This document shows, piece after piece, positions 1 through 13,962 of a stretch of 64,000 nt of DNA. Position 1 is the stretch's first letter. Each line of letters begins with the position of its first letter. Source of the stretch: Setoptus koraiensis (lineage: Eukaryota; Animalia; Arthropoda); contig CM106586.1 of the NCBI GenBank assembly GCA_048013815.1, forward strand, positions 18,042,001-18,106,000. Direction: 5' to 3'. The notes below the pieces were generated by a model. The model was not told the DNA's origin and searched no databases. It saw nothing but the letters and a program-made list of their open reading frames with translations. The position numbers were made by a program, and so were the translations under genes.

Positions 1-865
1 CGCAGCACGTGCGCCCGCGCTCATTACTGTGCCGCCGTGGGGGCCCGGCACACGGACCAGCCCAACCAACACAACTAACACAAGCCAGCATAACCGGCGC
101 AATATTGGTCGCCCTTGCTTGTAATGCGCTCTCGGTCAATGTGACGGGCGGCGCAGACATGCCATCCGTCCGCAATTCTGCACATCATTTGCATCGCATG
201 TTAATGAATGAGCGCGAGCGCGTATTGCGCGCACCCTCGGGGGGCCACGGGCTAAGCTACCGCAAGCGGATTTGGCGGTTTAGGCGGCCAGTCGAGTGTC
301 ATGTTTGCGTTTTGTCGCGGGCGCCGCGTCCAGCGGCCCGTTCGTCCGACAGTCCGAGCGCCGGCGCTCGGACTGGCACTCGGCGAGCATCTGGCCAGTC
401 GGCCCGGCGGGCCGTTGGGTAGCGGCAGCGCGCGATGAGCGCGGGCAGTCGCCAAGTGCGATGAGTGCCGTGAGTGCGGGTATTCGCTGAGTCGGCATCG
501 GGAGGGACGCGAATGGGCGCTCGCGGCCGACGGGCGATCGTTATCGACACACCCTGCCGTGTCGGCCGGCGCGTCGCCGTGAGTGGCGCGCACGGCGCAC
601 ACGACGAGACAAATATGGCAGCTCGATTGGCCGTCGGCCAGCCAGACGGCCGGCCGGCTGGCCGCAGTGGCCGCGGAACGAGCTCAGGCGAGAGAAACAA
701 AAAGAACATAAACACAGGCGTTCGGTGGTGTGCGGTTGTTGTGCGAATTCCACAGTTGCCCGGTTGCAGCGAACACTGCAGCGAACACAACACTGCGCCC
801 GTGTCGAAGGATGCGTGGGAATAGCGCCCGTGGAAGCCGGTGGCGGCCAGCAGAGCCAGTGGAGG

Positions 866-980
866 CCAGAGAACGCCGAGAAGCCAGAGAAGCGAGAGAA
901 CGCAAAGAAGCCAGAGAAGCGAGAGAACGCAGCGAACGCAAAGAACGCAGCGAACGCAAAGAACGCAGAGAAGCCAGAGA
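866..980. repeat. degenerate 9-bp-period tandem repeat (AGAACGCAG/AGAAGCCAG type)
   Basis: Periodicity is directly visible. Confidence 0.85.
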
Positions 981-3903
981 GCCGGACAGTGTTTGCTCGG
1001 TGTTATACTATCCTCGCCCGTTGCTATGATACTTTGTGCGTGCGTGTGTGTGTGAGCGCTGGCCATTCAGTCAGTTGGCAATTAAAGCATTTAAATTTTT
1101 GGCTTGCACAAAGTGGCATAAATTGACCATTAGTCGTTGTATTTACACTGGCACACACACTTGGCGCTGCGACGCGCACACACACGCCAACACACACACA
1201 CACACGCACACTTTGCAATGCAAAGTTTGCATGGCCAGTAGCCAGCAAACAAAGCGCTGGCATGTTTGCCGTGCTCGCTCGGGCTGCGGACGGCGCTCGG
1301 GCTGCGGACGGCGCTCGGAACGGGCGCTCGAGCTGCCGAGTGGGACGGCCGCTCCACTGAATGCTGCCGGGATGGCCGCTGGACCGGCCCGACGGATCGA
1401 GGGCCGATGAGTCGCACTCGAATCGGCGGTCCGGCGCGAGCTTGCGGAATGCGCAACATGCGTGAGCCGCAAGCTGCGATTGTTGTTCCGATTGCGCTGC
1501 GATGTCGCGCAACGTTGTCCAACGTCGCAACGGCCGAATGCGGGCCGTTCGCGCCGCGCCAAGAATGCCCGAGTCTCGTCTGTGCGCTCGACGTGGCTCG
1601 CCGTGGCCCGGCGGCCGAGATTGGGACGGCGCGGACGAGGCCGGTGACGCGGACGACGCCGGCGACGCGCATGACGCTGATGGGCTGATATGCAGCGGCG
1701 ATAATGACCGTGGTATGTTTCCGCCGTTTCGCGAATGTCGCTCGGCCGTCGGCCGGCCGTTCGGCGATATTCGGCGCGTTCGGCGATGTTCGGCGCGTTG
1801 GGCGATGTTCGGCGCGTTCGGCGATGTTCGGCGATATTCGGCGATATTCGGCTCGTTCGAAGCGTTCGGCAGCGCTCGCCGATATTTAGATACTGCGACA
1901 GTGTTTGCTTTGCGTGCGTGTGTGTGTGTTTGCGGAGAAGTAGCGACAATCGGTTGTGGTTGTCTCTTGACTGCAAACACTGACAAACGGCCACAAACAG
2001 CGACAACGCGCACAAACAAGCGCCAGCGACAAACAACCTCGACACACTCTGACAGAGTCAATAAATGACAGCCAACCCATTGACAGTTGCTGCGCCGGCC
2101 GCGGGCACCGCGGGCCGGCCGACTTGTTGACTCTGGGCCGGCCCGTACGCAACGCAGCGCCGGCCGACAGCCGCCTCTGGCCGATTTGTGGCCGGGCTGT
2201 GCGGCGCAGCGTGCACGGCGGCCACAAATCATCTGTTGTCAATGTGTTGTCAATCTGCTGTCAAACGCGCTGCCAAGCCGCGCCCGTCAGCTGACTCGCG
2301 CCGCTTCGCCATACCGAGCGCCGGCATGAGCGCCGCCGGCCGGCGGGACCGCGCTCGCATGAACGGGCCTCGCGCGGCCCGTCGTGCGGCCCGTCGCGCG
2401 GCCCGTCGGTGACAGTGACAGGTTGTGGCAATGACAGGTTATAGGCGCGCGCGTGGTCAGGTTATAGGCCGATCGGTCATATGATTGTCACAGTGACGTA
2501 GCAGTTTCACAATGTTGGCCTGACACTGTTGCGCTGTTGTGTCAAAAGCGAGCTGACACAAGATACTGCACACACACACACACACACGCCGGCAACCACA
2601 ACAATGAGTGTTGCGCAACACCGACAATTGTAAACAATTGTGGCAACTGTTGACCACTTAACCTGGCCCGAGTGACAACTAAACTCTCGAGTGTCGCCCA
2701 CAAAAACGCCCACGTGGTGGCGCATAATACTAATATAATACTGATATAATACTACTATAATACTAATATAATTGCCGGCCCGGCCACCAGGTGAGCCGGC
2801 CAGACTAATGTCGCTGTCGACGACACCTATTACACAATATTGAGTCTATTATGTAATCTGTTACCAGCGCGCATATAATGACCAATCATCTGGCCGGCAC
2901 TGGATGGCAGCGCCGCCCAGTGCGGTCAGCGCGGCGCGCCGGGCAACACAGACAACTCAGCCGTATAACCGACTGTCCGCTCGGAAACGCCCCCACGTGA
3001 CTAATTTGAGTATGTGTCACTTTTTCGCGTGCAACCATAATAGCAATAAATGGCAATAATTCGCCAGCTATTCGCAATGATAATTATAACTGTGCAATAA
3101 CTGTAAAATAATTGTAACGACAGCCGATTACTGCGCGCGCTCGTCGTTGTTTGTTGTTGCGTCGACACTCCACTGTCAGCCGGTGCTGTCAGCTCGTGTG
3201 ACGGCCGGGCCGTGCTCGCACTCGGCACGCCAAAACTGACACTTTGCCTTGTGCTCGCCACACTCGCGACACGCCCGACGCTGACCAACCAGCTGACCGA
3301 TGGTCTGACAAACGGTATGACCGACCGGCTGACCGATGGTCTGTCAAACGGCCGGACAGGCGGTCCGACCGATGGCCGGACAGACAATCCGCGGCCAGCG
3401 TCGTTTCGCTGACCAGCTGACCACACAACTGATCGCGGACGCTCACGAGTGGCCACTGTGCCGATTTTGCGCCACTTGCGCGCAAACGTGAATTTGTCGT
3501 ATGTGTGACTCACATAATGTGCGAATGTGTGCGCGTCGTGTTAAACTGGCCACTCAAATGAATTTGTTGTTCGTGACTGGACAACAATCGCCACTTGCGC
3601 CCATTTTCCGCTCCATTGGCCCGTCCACCTGTTCACCTGTTCGCTGGCTCGCTTGCTCGTCCGCACAGCGCGGCAGCGAGCGCAGGGCGGCCGCTGACGC
3701 AACGGCCGCTGACGCAACAGCCAGTAACATGGGCCGGGCCGTGGCCCGGCGCCCCAGCGAGCCAACGGGCGACTCTCGCCGAGAGACTCTCTGGCCACTG
3801 GCCGTGATTTATCCGTGCCGCCGCTGTGTGTGTGACCAGTGTGCGGCACATGAGCAACCTGTCGAATGGTGAGCGGGGGCGAGTGGTCAGCGCGTTTGCG
3901 TCC

Positions 3904-3980
3904 TTCGAACTTGGAACTTGGAACTTGGAACTTGGAACTTCGAATTTCGAATTTCGAATTTCGAACTTCGAACTTCGAAT
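3904..3980. repeat. 7-bp tandem array, 11 units (TTGGAAC/TTCGAAC/TTCGAAT)
   Basis: Parsed directly as TTCGAAC, TTGGAAC x4, TTCGAAT x3, TTCGAAC x2, TTCGAAT. Confidence 0.95.
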
Positions 3981-5613
3981 TTCAGAGCGGCCGCCCGGCC
4001 AGAGAAGCGTCGCTGTCTGGCCAGAGAAGCAAAGATGCGAAAAGAACGCGCGGGCATCACATTGTGAACATTGATTGTCGAGAATTGTTGTGTGTTGCTC
4101 GAGCCTGGCCAATGGAATTCGCGCTGCCCTTCGCTCCGGTGGCTTGCGCCTGCTACGCAATGTTGTGCAGTCTTATGTAATGTTGTGCAGCGTTATGTAA
4201 TGTTGTGCAATGTTATGTAATGTTGTTCGCTTTGTTTCCCTCCGCGAAACACAACAGGCTCACAACAGCGGCCAACTGTGCGAGCCAGACGCTGCCAGCA
4301 ACAACCGGCCGATAATATTAATAATGATGCTGATGATGATGATTATTATTATTATTATTACTATCATGATGCGTTCTCGGCGCATCGCCGGGCAGCGCGC
4401 CAAGAGAGCGGCCGTCGGACGCTGCACCGCGACGGTCGGCGCGGCCGCTCCGCCGGGCAGCGGGCAACAGGCGACCGAGCCGAGAGCACACCTTAATCAC
4501 CTCGATCATCGACTGTCGAAATGATGCAATTACTGCGCCAACGGCCGATCATTACCAGCAACGCAGCCCGACTGGCCGAATTGTAGGAATTGCATTTTTC
4601 GCCAAAATCTCTCTTTTGTTGGCTGCCCGTTTGGGCTCGTTTTGGCTTGTTTGGGCATCGCTCGCATCTTCGGGCATCGCTCGGCGCACATTATTTGGCA
4701 GCAGCACCAGCGATATTGAAATCAAAGAAGCGCTTTGTCTGCTGTTGCGAGCGGGCAGGAATTTTGCGCCGAACAACAACAATTCTTTGTAAACACATTC
4801 GCCAACCATTGCGCTGCCGGCCAGCGAAGCCGCAGAAGCCGGCACTGATGCGACCGTGGCCAGCGCATGTGTGTTCTTTTCGCGCTGATAATTCGCTGCT
4901 GCAACCCCGAGAATCGAAATTAGAAGCGAATTATCAGGCACGAGGAATTATAATCATTAGACGACGATGCCACAGCCGCGCCGAAACAAATGCGGGACAC
5001 GCAACGGGTGCAACCGGCTAAACGTTGCCTATTCATAATCAACCTTTCACAGGCAACCTGTTGGCCCTGCTCTGTCGGGCCGCTCTGCCAGCCCGTCCCG
5101 CTCCGTGCCGCTTCGTGCCGCCTCACGCCTCGTCTCGGCCGCTGCCGGGGCCGCGGCCAGGCTCGTCCGTGGGCCAGCCCGAGCGAACCGGCCTGGCTCG
5201 CCCATTGGCCGCCCGGGCCGCTGCCGCGACGCGGGCGCGCTCTTGCGCCCGGGGCTAGCAGCCCGTCTCATCTTTCTGGCCCATTGTTGAGCCGTTGCTG
5301 AGCCATTGCTGAGCATGGCCAAAATGCCGCCCGCGTCCCGTATGAATCGCACAACGTGAACCGTACCCGGCGACCGGCCGGCCATTCATGGAGCGCTCGC
5401 TCCGCTTCGCGCCGGCCCGCGTCGATGCGGCGTCGTTCCGCCAGAGGCCGGCGGAGCGGCGGCCGCGAGCCCGCAACAAGAGCGACGAGAGCGATTGACG
5501 GACCGGCGAGTACAGTGAGTACAGCGAGTACCAATGAGACAAATGCCACCGCTGCTAGCGAGTCTTCTATGCACATGTGTAATATGTACATGAATTAAAG
5601 TGCCACCACTCAC

Positions 5614-5815
5614 CTGTCGTCCAATGATCGTTTGCTGATGAATTGTGATTGTCGGCGCTTTGAGTAAGGCGCTTGTAAGAGGTAGTGAGAGGCGATGTCG
5701 TACCTGTTGAGCCGGTGGGTGAGCGAACGTCGTCGTGCAATTGCACCATAGAGTTGTATGAGTTGCTGTTGCCGTTGTTGTTGTTGTTGCTGTTGTACGA
5801 CTGTGAAGGCGGTCG
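5614..5815 (-). CDS. hth: homothorax, second coding exon (202 nt)
   Basis: Acceptor tgcaaacag|CGA (phase 0) fits the exon 1 donor. Translates RPPSQSYNSNNNNNGNSNSYNSMVQLHDDVRSPTGSTG..., matching the Hth segment RPPSSSLSYGG..NDDARSP. Ends ACA G|GTGAGT (phase 1). Confidence 0.85.
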
Positions 5816-6165
5816 CTGTTTGCATGTAATTTGTTGTGTTGTTTATATACAATTTGTTGTGCGTTGTGGCGCGATTGCGAAATGATGTTAATTAATTGAT
5901 TTGCATATATCAATCATTGTTTGTCGTTGTGTGTGACAATTAGCGCACGACGACAGTGTCACGACGCCAATGACACCATGACGACGACGACGACGTTGTA
6001 GTGAATGATGACGACGTTGTAGTGAATGATGACGACGACGAAGTAAATGATGACGACGAAGTAAATGATGACGACGTTGTAATAAATGATGATGATGGGA
6101 GACAGGGGAGAGAGAGAGACAAGATTGATTAGTGTGCGTTCAGTTGAGTTCATTGGAGTTTGATT

Positions 6166-6198
<33 letters not shown>

Positions 6199-8368
6199 CA
6201 TGGTTGGACTGCAGTGATTTGAGGCGACATTTCGCACATTGAGCTCGCAAATTGTCGAGCGACACTTTAAATATTGAGTCGGAGTAGGTGAACATTGATG
6301 GATGTGCGCCATTCGCACCTAACCCTGTCACATGTCGACTGGCGTCTCGAGACAGTCTCGACTCGAGACAGTCCCGACTCGAGACAGTCTCGCCTCTCGA
6401 CTCGAGAGTGTCGAGTAATGATATCGAGTGAAAATGCGACAATTCGCGCTGACAATTGTGAGCCGAGAGGCCAGTCAACGAGCGACACACAGCGGGCTAA
6501 TTAATCAATCAACTAATCAAAACAATCGTCTCGTCTGCTGCAAAAAGTGCACTGGCCGACATTGGCATGTTTAGACGTGGGCTTGTCGCGACTGTCAGAC
6601 GGTCACACATTCCAACATTTGCACATTTGCACATTTGGACGGATTTATACAAGCATCTATACAGGGACAGGGATTTAACAGAGACTGTCGCGTCAAAGGG
6701 GAGACGCAAGTGGCAGACGAGCAGGGGCCTGTCTTGCCACTTTTGACACTTGCCCGCTTCACTTTGACACATGGCTGGCTGGCTGGCTGGCTGTCAGAAT
6801 GGATAAGCGAACACAAAAAACGTAATGGCGGCCGTAATGTAAACACACCGCAATTACACATGCCAGCTCGCCAACCAATTAATCAGGCGCCCAATAAACA
6901 CACACAGTTGGCCTAATTGATTTAGGGACTCCGCTGGCACTGGCAAGCCGACAAGCATTTATCCGCGAGCATCCATTCGCGAGCATTTATTCGCAAGCAT
7001 GCTTGTGAATATGGCAAGACGCTGGCGAGGCGCTGGCGAGGCGCTGGCGAGACGCCGCCAGGGTGACGCCAGGGTGACGCCAGGCAAACAGTGCAAAAAA
7101 GTAAAACAAATACCTACGAGTGAAATAAATAAACAAGCGAGCGTCGTTAATCATTGTCACTTTATGTCTACTTTGTGCGACTCGACTTTGTGAGACTTGA
7201 CGGCCGAGTGTCGCAACTTGCGACTCACAAGTCACACTTGCCAATTTACAACTGGCGACACAGCGCCAGCGTCTAATTAGCATTCATGCTAATCAGTCAG
7301 CTCGGCGCGTCACCTTATCTGCTGTCTGTTATCTGTCTTTTATCTGTCTTTTATCTGTCTGGCATTTCGCGCTGGCAAGCGCTCTCGCGGCTGACACGCC
7401 AAGCTCACAGCTGACACCGTAGCAGTGATACCGTACCAAGCTCACAGCTGATGGCGTGTCAGTGATACCGTACCAAGCTCACGGCGATTTGACAGATTTA
7501 TGGCAGTTTATGGCAGCCGACAGCTGAGCGCTGGAGGTGCCAAACCGATTCGGGACGCGCGTCTCATTAGCGACGCTCGCTAGCACCAGCGCATAGAACC
7601 AGCGACCATTCTATCAGTTTTATTTGATATTTGGTGCCACATTGAGTGACACATTGTTCGTTTGTCAAATCAGCAGCAAACAAAGAGATTATTACGCAAT
7701 GGCATCACTAATAGTTACGCAATGGCATCACTAGTAGTGTGTCATGTCAAGATTATTAAATGTTAATTGATAAAATTGTTGCAATGTTGTGTGAGCAGCT
7801 CATTATGACACATGTACGAAAAAACATCATGTAAATCATCAATTAGCGCTGGTCACGGGATTGTGCAACAGCAACTGTCTGCTAATTGCAATTATCAAGA
7901 CAGCGGCTTGACGCTACAATAACAACAATAATGCTTTTATAATGAGTGATGGCGTTGCCTGGCAACCCCTTGCTCTGGCCAATTGATACTTGACACTTGA
8001 TACGAGACGCCACCATTTGGCCCGTCATCGACCGCCAGCGCACAAATTATTGCAAACATTGAGCCGTTGCCGGCCATGTGGCGTATGGCATGGGCATAAT
8101 TGTTTTCACAATTATGCACACACTGTCAGTTGCCGACACTGTCAGTTGTTGACGCTGTCAATTGCCGACACTGTCAGCCAACTGTGGGCTAAAAGTGGCA
8201 AGCGCTCAACCGCCAATTAGCAATAAAAAATGGCCTGGTGGGCGTTCGTTACGTAATATGGTCGCGCAAATATATTATGCCAGCCAGTCAGTCAGTCAGC
8301 GACGCGCTCCATTAACAGCGACACATACCATTGATGAATGTTGCTGTTCCACATCCCTCACTGGTAAC

Positions 8369-8446
8369 AATATCCCCTCATCATGTAATATCCCCTCATC
8401 ATGTAATATCCCCTCATCATGTAATATCCCCTCATTATGTAATATC
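8369..8446. repeat. 18-bp tandem repeat AATATCCCCTCATCATGT, about 4.3 copies
   Basis: Directly visible, with one substitution in copy 4. Confidence 0.95.
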
Positions 8447-9259
8447 GTCGGCCGCCTCGGCCTCGGATATCCGATCTGGCCAATGGGCACCGTGACTGAC
8501 AATTTGCGAGGCTACGCGCAATTTGTATTTGGCTATTAGGCGTGCTCAAACTAACAAGTGTCTTGCGTAATTGCCACTGTCGTCATATTCACACGTGAAG
8601 TCGCTGTTGTCGTATTCACATGTGTGGTTGCTGTTGTCGTATTCACATGTGTCGTAATATTTTTGCATCCATACTACCAACACTGCGTATATTCATGGGT
8701 GAATATGCGCAGAATGGCGACACTCCGAGACTCACGAGAATTCAACAGGAGCGCATTTGGGCAATAATTGCACATTGTGAATATAACAGCGGCTGCAATC
8801 GACGCGGGCCCTCAACAGATCGCCAGTCAACAGATTGGCCGCCGAACGGGCCCCCTCTGGGCCCCTTTGGCAGCCACAAGACGGACGGACAGCAACAGAC
8901 AGGCAATGACAGCGGCCACGATATTCGCGCGATATCCACAAAATATTCACGCAATATTCACGCGATATGCGCACAATATTCGCGCGATATCCGCACAATA
9001 TTGGCACAATATTCACGGCTACCCATTCGATGACAGGCGCCAATTGGCGTGCCGTGTCAGCCCGAAGTGTGACGTGGACAGCGCCACAAACAAGAGGACA
9101 GCGGCTGCGTTGCGCAACACTCCGGCTACCTGTTTGTTGTTGCTGTTCACCTTTGATATTTGAGCGCGATATAGGCCAGTGGCAATGGCACTCAGCGAGC
9201 GACCACAACAAGTCTATAGGACTCGTTGTGCAGCGTTGCCTGGGCGACCGGTGGGCCGA

Positions 9260-9312
9260 CAACAACGACAACGGCAACAGCAGCAACAACAGCGACAGCA
9301 GCAACAGCAGCG

Positions 9313-9375
<63 letters not shown>

Positions 9376-9413
9376 ACAACGGCAACAACAGCAACAACAA
9401 CGGCAACAACAGC
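9260..9413. repeat. (CAACAG)n / CAN microsatellite
   Basis: Directly visible. It generates the spurious poly-Q, poly-NS and poly-AT ORFs in the track. Confidence 0.95.
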
Positions 9414-12400
9414 ACAGTTGGCATTGTTGATAGAGCGTTTAAACACAATCATTGGCACTGTATGCAATGTAGTGAGCTTCTTATCTACATTATATCCTTC
9501 TGTCTGGCTGTCTCCGTGGCTCGGCTGTGTCCGCCGGCTGGCTTGTTTCGGCTTGTTTCGGCTTGTTTCAGCTTGTGGCTTCTTCGCCGAGTTAATTCCC
9601 CGTTCGGCGCTCGATTCTTAATTCCTATTGCTACAATTTCGGCTCGGCTCGGCTTAGCTGGAGCGAGCCCCGCCGACCCAACGAGCGCGTCAGTGTGAGA
9701 AGCGCCAGCAGTGAGAGAAGCGCCAGCAGTCTGAGAAGCGGATCAGCCGGTGGACGGAAAAATGTGCAAAACAGCGAGACAAGTGCATCGGCAACAGCGA
9801 CACCCCGGCGCATTTGGCTGGCGGATTTGCTCGCTGTGAGCCGTGCCAGAGCCTTGTGTCGTGTTGCGTTGTGTTGCGCTGGAGCCAACACCGTGGGCAT
9901 CATGGGCACACACAGTTGCGTAATGGTGAGTGGCGCATAATAGTTGTAATATAGCCAAAAGTGATGATGATGCAGCCAGTGTTGATGGTGATGCAACTAA
10001 TAAACAACTAACTAAACATTTTTGTTTTATCGCTCATTTACATTCGCTCGCTGGCTCGCTCGTCGGCTCGCTCGTCGACTTGCCCGTTCGCTGGCTGCGG
10101 CCGGCGCTGGCTGGCTGGCTGGCTGGCAACATTTACATTGGCCCGGCCAATGTAAATGTTGGACACTGCGGGCAACACTGACTGCCGTCGTGTATTATGT
10201 AAGAGCCGAGCTCACGTCGCGGCAGCGCGAACGGCCGGCCGACGCAGCGCCGAGCGACGGACGCATCGAGAGCGAGCGATAGCGACGGGCAAACCGAGCG
10301 ACAGAGACCGAGACTCGCGAGAATGGATGCAGCCGCTGTCGCGGCGAGCCCGCGGAGGCTTCGCGCCGCGCCGAAGTCGAAGCCGAAGCCGGAGTCGAAG
10401 CCGAGCCGAGCGCAGCCCGAGGAGCGAGCCAAGAGCGAAGAGCCAAGAGCCAAGAGCCAAGAGCCGAGAGCGCGGTGTGGCAAGTATAGTAAGGCAAGTA
10501 TAATGTGTATATAATGGGATCGGGACGCAAGTTAGTTTGTTTCATTATGAAAATCAGCATGGCTCCTTCTAGCACTAATTTGAATCATGATCATCATGAT
10601 AAACTTGAGCGATCAGCTTGCCTAGGCCACTCGGCGCTAACATAATCATGCGCCAACAACCGCAACAACAAGCCAACAACAGCAACAACTAGATTATATT
10701 TTCTCGTATTATCTCGCATTATTACTTGGCCAACAAACTCATGCGTCGCTCAAGCCCGACGAGCGCTCGCAAGGCCCGACCACGACGCATAGGTCGACGT
10801 CGCGGGCTCAGTTGTTTCTCGGCCAATCTCCCACTCGCCCGACTCGCCCGGCTCGCTCGTTGCGTCATGATCGTCGGCCAGCGACACGCCGACGACGACA
10901 TGACGACCATCTCGCACGACCAACAACAAACTACAACAACAACACTTTTAAACACTTATGTTGCGCAAAAATTCTCGTTAATTTGCCAGCCACTTATGCT
11001 CTGTCTCACAGTCTCATAGTTTGTCTGTCTCTGGCGCATTTGCCCCTGACTCTGGCTCAATCAAACCACAAGCAGCCAATCGAGCTATTCGCGTCTGGCA
11101 ACCGCATAAAACGCGCACCATTCGCCCACTATACACTATGTAAAAACAGGCGAATATTACGCGAATATTACGCGAATATTACGCGAATACTACGCGAATA
11201 TCATGCGAATACTATGCGATTCGGCACAGGTCGTGCGAGCTGCGCCGAAAAACGCGCACTCCACGCATCGGCCATGGCAACGGTGGGCGCAGCGTCGCAG
11301 CGGTTGCGACGCTGCGCAGCAAGCGTTCTGTGCAGCGTGGCAGCCGCTGGCGGGCACAACAGCGAGCGACGCGCATATAAGCGCATATAAACCCAGTGGA
11401 TATAAACGTGGATATATAAAAGTGCGCTTGTATTCACTGTTTTTATCCGGCATGTTACGTCGCACGGATATAAACATGGCTGGCACCATTGAGCTGGCAC
11501 GCTCACGGTATCGGCGTCACAATTTCCATACTTGTGTCGTTGCATTTCGAAGCTCGGCAGCCAATTTTTCATACTTTCAACCATGTCAAGTGGCGTCATT
11601 TTGGCTGCACTGTTGCTCGCCTATTGGCACGCATATCGGCATGGATATTATCGCCCGCTAACCGCGTTGGCGAAGGCCAACTGTTATAATAGGAATATGA
11701 TAATAAGAGTGCGAGCGCGACGAGCAAGAAATCGCTGCGAAAACGCTGCGAGAACGCTGCGAGAACGCTGCGAGAACGCTGCGAAAACGGGCCGTATGCG
11801 TCGCATTCGAGGCATTCGATGCCTGCGTTGCGACACGCAAATATCCGTTGCGACTATCCGTTGCGACGGCGAACAATGGGTCGCGAGTTGCCAACAAGTG
11901 CACTTGTTACGAGCGCTCGGGGGCCTCGCGAGCGCTTCACACTGTTGATCACTGTTGCGCCGTTGATACCATCAACTCGATAGCGAGGCCCGACGACGAC
12001 AGCGAGAGATTTGTTAACGCCGCGCAGTTTGTTGCTGCTGCTGTTGCCGTCGCTGTTGTTGCTGTCGTTTGTGTGTTGTTGTTGCTGTTGTTTGTGTGTT
12101 GTTGTTGCTGTTGTTTGTATGCTGTTGTTGCTGTTGTTTGTATGCTGTTGTGGCGGCTGTTGCGGCTGCCGAGAAGACGGCGAGCATCGCGGCTAATCAA
12201 TTGACAACACACAAACAAACAGCCAGACGAGACAGACGAGAGTCTGCTAATGATGCGGCTTCATTATCTCGGCGCTCATTATTGTTGTTGTTGGCGGTTG
12301 TTGATCGACTTTTCATTGGCATGTATCGGCGGCGTCTGGCCAGTATCAGCGTGGCTGCGCTGGCTCGATTTGCGGGAGGCGCCGTTAACGCCGAACAGTT

Positions 12401-12544
12401 TATACGCGCCGGCCATTAGGCCCATTACACTGGTAATCGCGCTCGTTATCCAGCCCGCGGATTGCAGTGTCCAGTAATGGTGCCACGCAATACCCACAGT
12501 GTCCGCGCCGGCCAGACGCGCAGCCAGCCGCGACACAATATAGG

Positions 12545-12595
12545 CCGGCGATACGTAATACCCGGGCGCGGCGCCGGGGTATTACGTATCGCCGG
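12545..12595. other. inverted repeat, perfect 19-bp stem
   Basis: CCGGCGATACGTAATACCC (12545-12563) is the exact reverse complement of 12577-12595. Confidence 0.9.
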
Positions 12596-13962
12596 ACTCG
12601 GGCGGCCTGAGTGCGGCGCGGTGTTTTCGCACTGCGATATTGTGCTGGTGTGGCGCTTGCATCGCTTGCGCGCCGTTGTGCCATTTCGGCACCACCATTG
12701 CGGTGAAATGTTGGCCGGCCATTCGAGAATCAATTGCCGAATTGAGAGCTGACCGGCAACTCTAATGGCACCGCCGACAGCGACCGCAGACCCACTAAAC
12801 GATCCGATCGGGCGCGTCCGTCCCTCGGCGGCCTCCGCAGCGCCGAGTCAGCCGCTCGCCCGTCCGCCGCTCGCCCGTTCGCATTGTCGAGCGTTCGAAT
12901 GCTCGCCCGTTCGGACGACTGTTCGCACGCTGACGGACCGAACGGCTTCGGCGGCGGCCGCGCATTGTGCGGCGCGAGCAGATTCCAGCGCTTGCACGAG
13001 CTGCCCGCCTGGGCCGTGCGGTTCGTCAGCGTGCGTGGCAACTCGTGCCAGACAATGGACGAACGCGAATGTGGCCAGCGAAAAAGAAGGCCATTCTTTT
13101 GATTCTTTCGCGTGCTCGCCTCTTTGTCATTTCGCTGCGCTTCGGAACGCGGCGTCGGGTGAGCCAAATGAGGCACACACACACACACTAATGTCGATAG
13201 CCGTGATTTGTGGCCGGGATAAAGGGCCGGTGGCGAGCGGCGCCTTATCCCGGCACAAATGCGCCACAAGCCGCACAAATGCGCCACAACCGCAGCGCCA
13301 ATTGCGGGTTGTGCCGGCCGAGAGGGAGCATGCGAAAATATGATGATGACGAGGGCAAAAATGGACAAAAATAAAGTCAAAAAACAGGCCCAATGATGAG
13401 ATTTAAATTCATTTGCTTCTCTCGCTCCGATTGGCACAGGCGCACGCACCCAGCGGCCGCTGGCGGCCATTAAATTGGCGGCGCGCCCGCCCCTCTAACC
13501 CGATTGTCTCGAGCGGGACCCGCTGACCGGCGCTCTCTCGCGCGACAGCGGCTCGCCTGTTCGCGAGATGCCGCTGACAACTGACGAACCGCCGCCGCTG
13601 AAATGACGCCCGCCCGAACGCCGCAATCCCAACGCCCGAACGCCGTCGTCCCAACGCTCGAAGGCGATCCGCTCGGGACAGATATCGCGGCGCGTGCGCG
13701 CCCGTTTAGGCGCACCAATATAGGCCAAAATAGGTTTGCGCGCAAACGGCGAGCCGGCACAGCGCGCGGCTGTGCCGCGTATCGGCAGTGTCTTGCAGCG
13801 TCTGACAGTGCTCATGATAATCGCTCATGATATCGGTCCGACGGTGCGCTCATAATGTTGGCACAATATCCGACAGTGCGCCCACAAAATCGGCCCAATC
13901 GGCACAGTATCCGACGGCGGGTTCGAACGAACGCGTCTTGTATGAATGATCGAGGTACTCAC

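Larger units (their letters stand above)
5816..13962 (-). other. hth: hth intron (8147 nt), GC-rich and repeat-rich
   Basis: Bounded by GTGAGT and CAG with matching phase. No other Hth-like peptide was seen inside. Confidence 0.8.

Noticed and set aside
3904-3980. TTCGAA array as a heat-shock element
   Set aside because: An HSE needs GAAnnTTC spacing; here the spacing is 0 or 1 nt.
1-5613. Hth homeodomain exon (KKRGIFPK...WLFQHL)
   Set aside because: Visual search for the reverse-complement codon patterns found no match, so it probably lies left of the window. A very small exon could have been missed.
8369-8446. Regular direct repeats here and at 16716, 19414, 46935 as CRISPR arrays
   Set aside because: The units are contiguous with no unique spacers, no cas genes are present, and the context is eukaryotic.
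9-13815. Many long track ORFs in the hth block (e.g. 299..1066, 1024..2232, 1143..2045, 8732..9448, 8967..9698)
   Set aside because: They are R/A/P-rich or homopolymeric, overlap on both strands, come from microsatellites and GC-rich DNA with few stops, and carry no domain motifs.
13825-13962. Last 45 aa of the 394-aa Hth ORF
   Set aside because: They begin at a consensus GTGAGT donor and have no Hth similarity; the true continuation (RPPS...) is at 5815.
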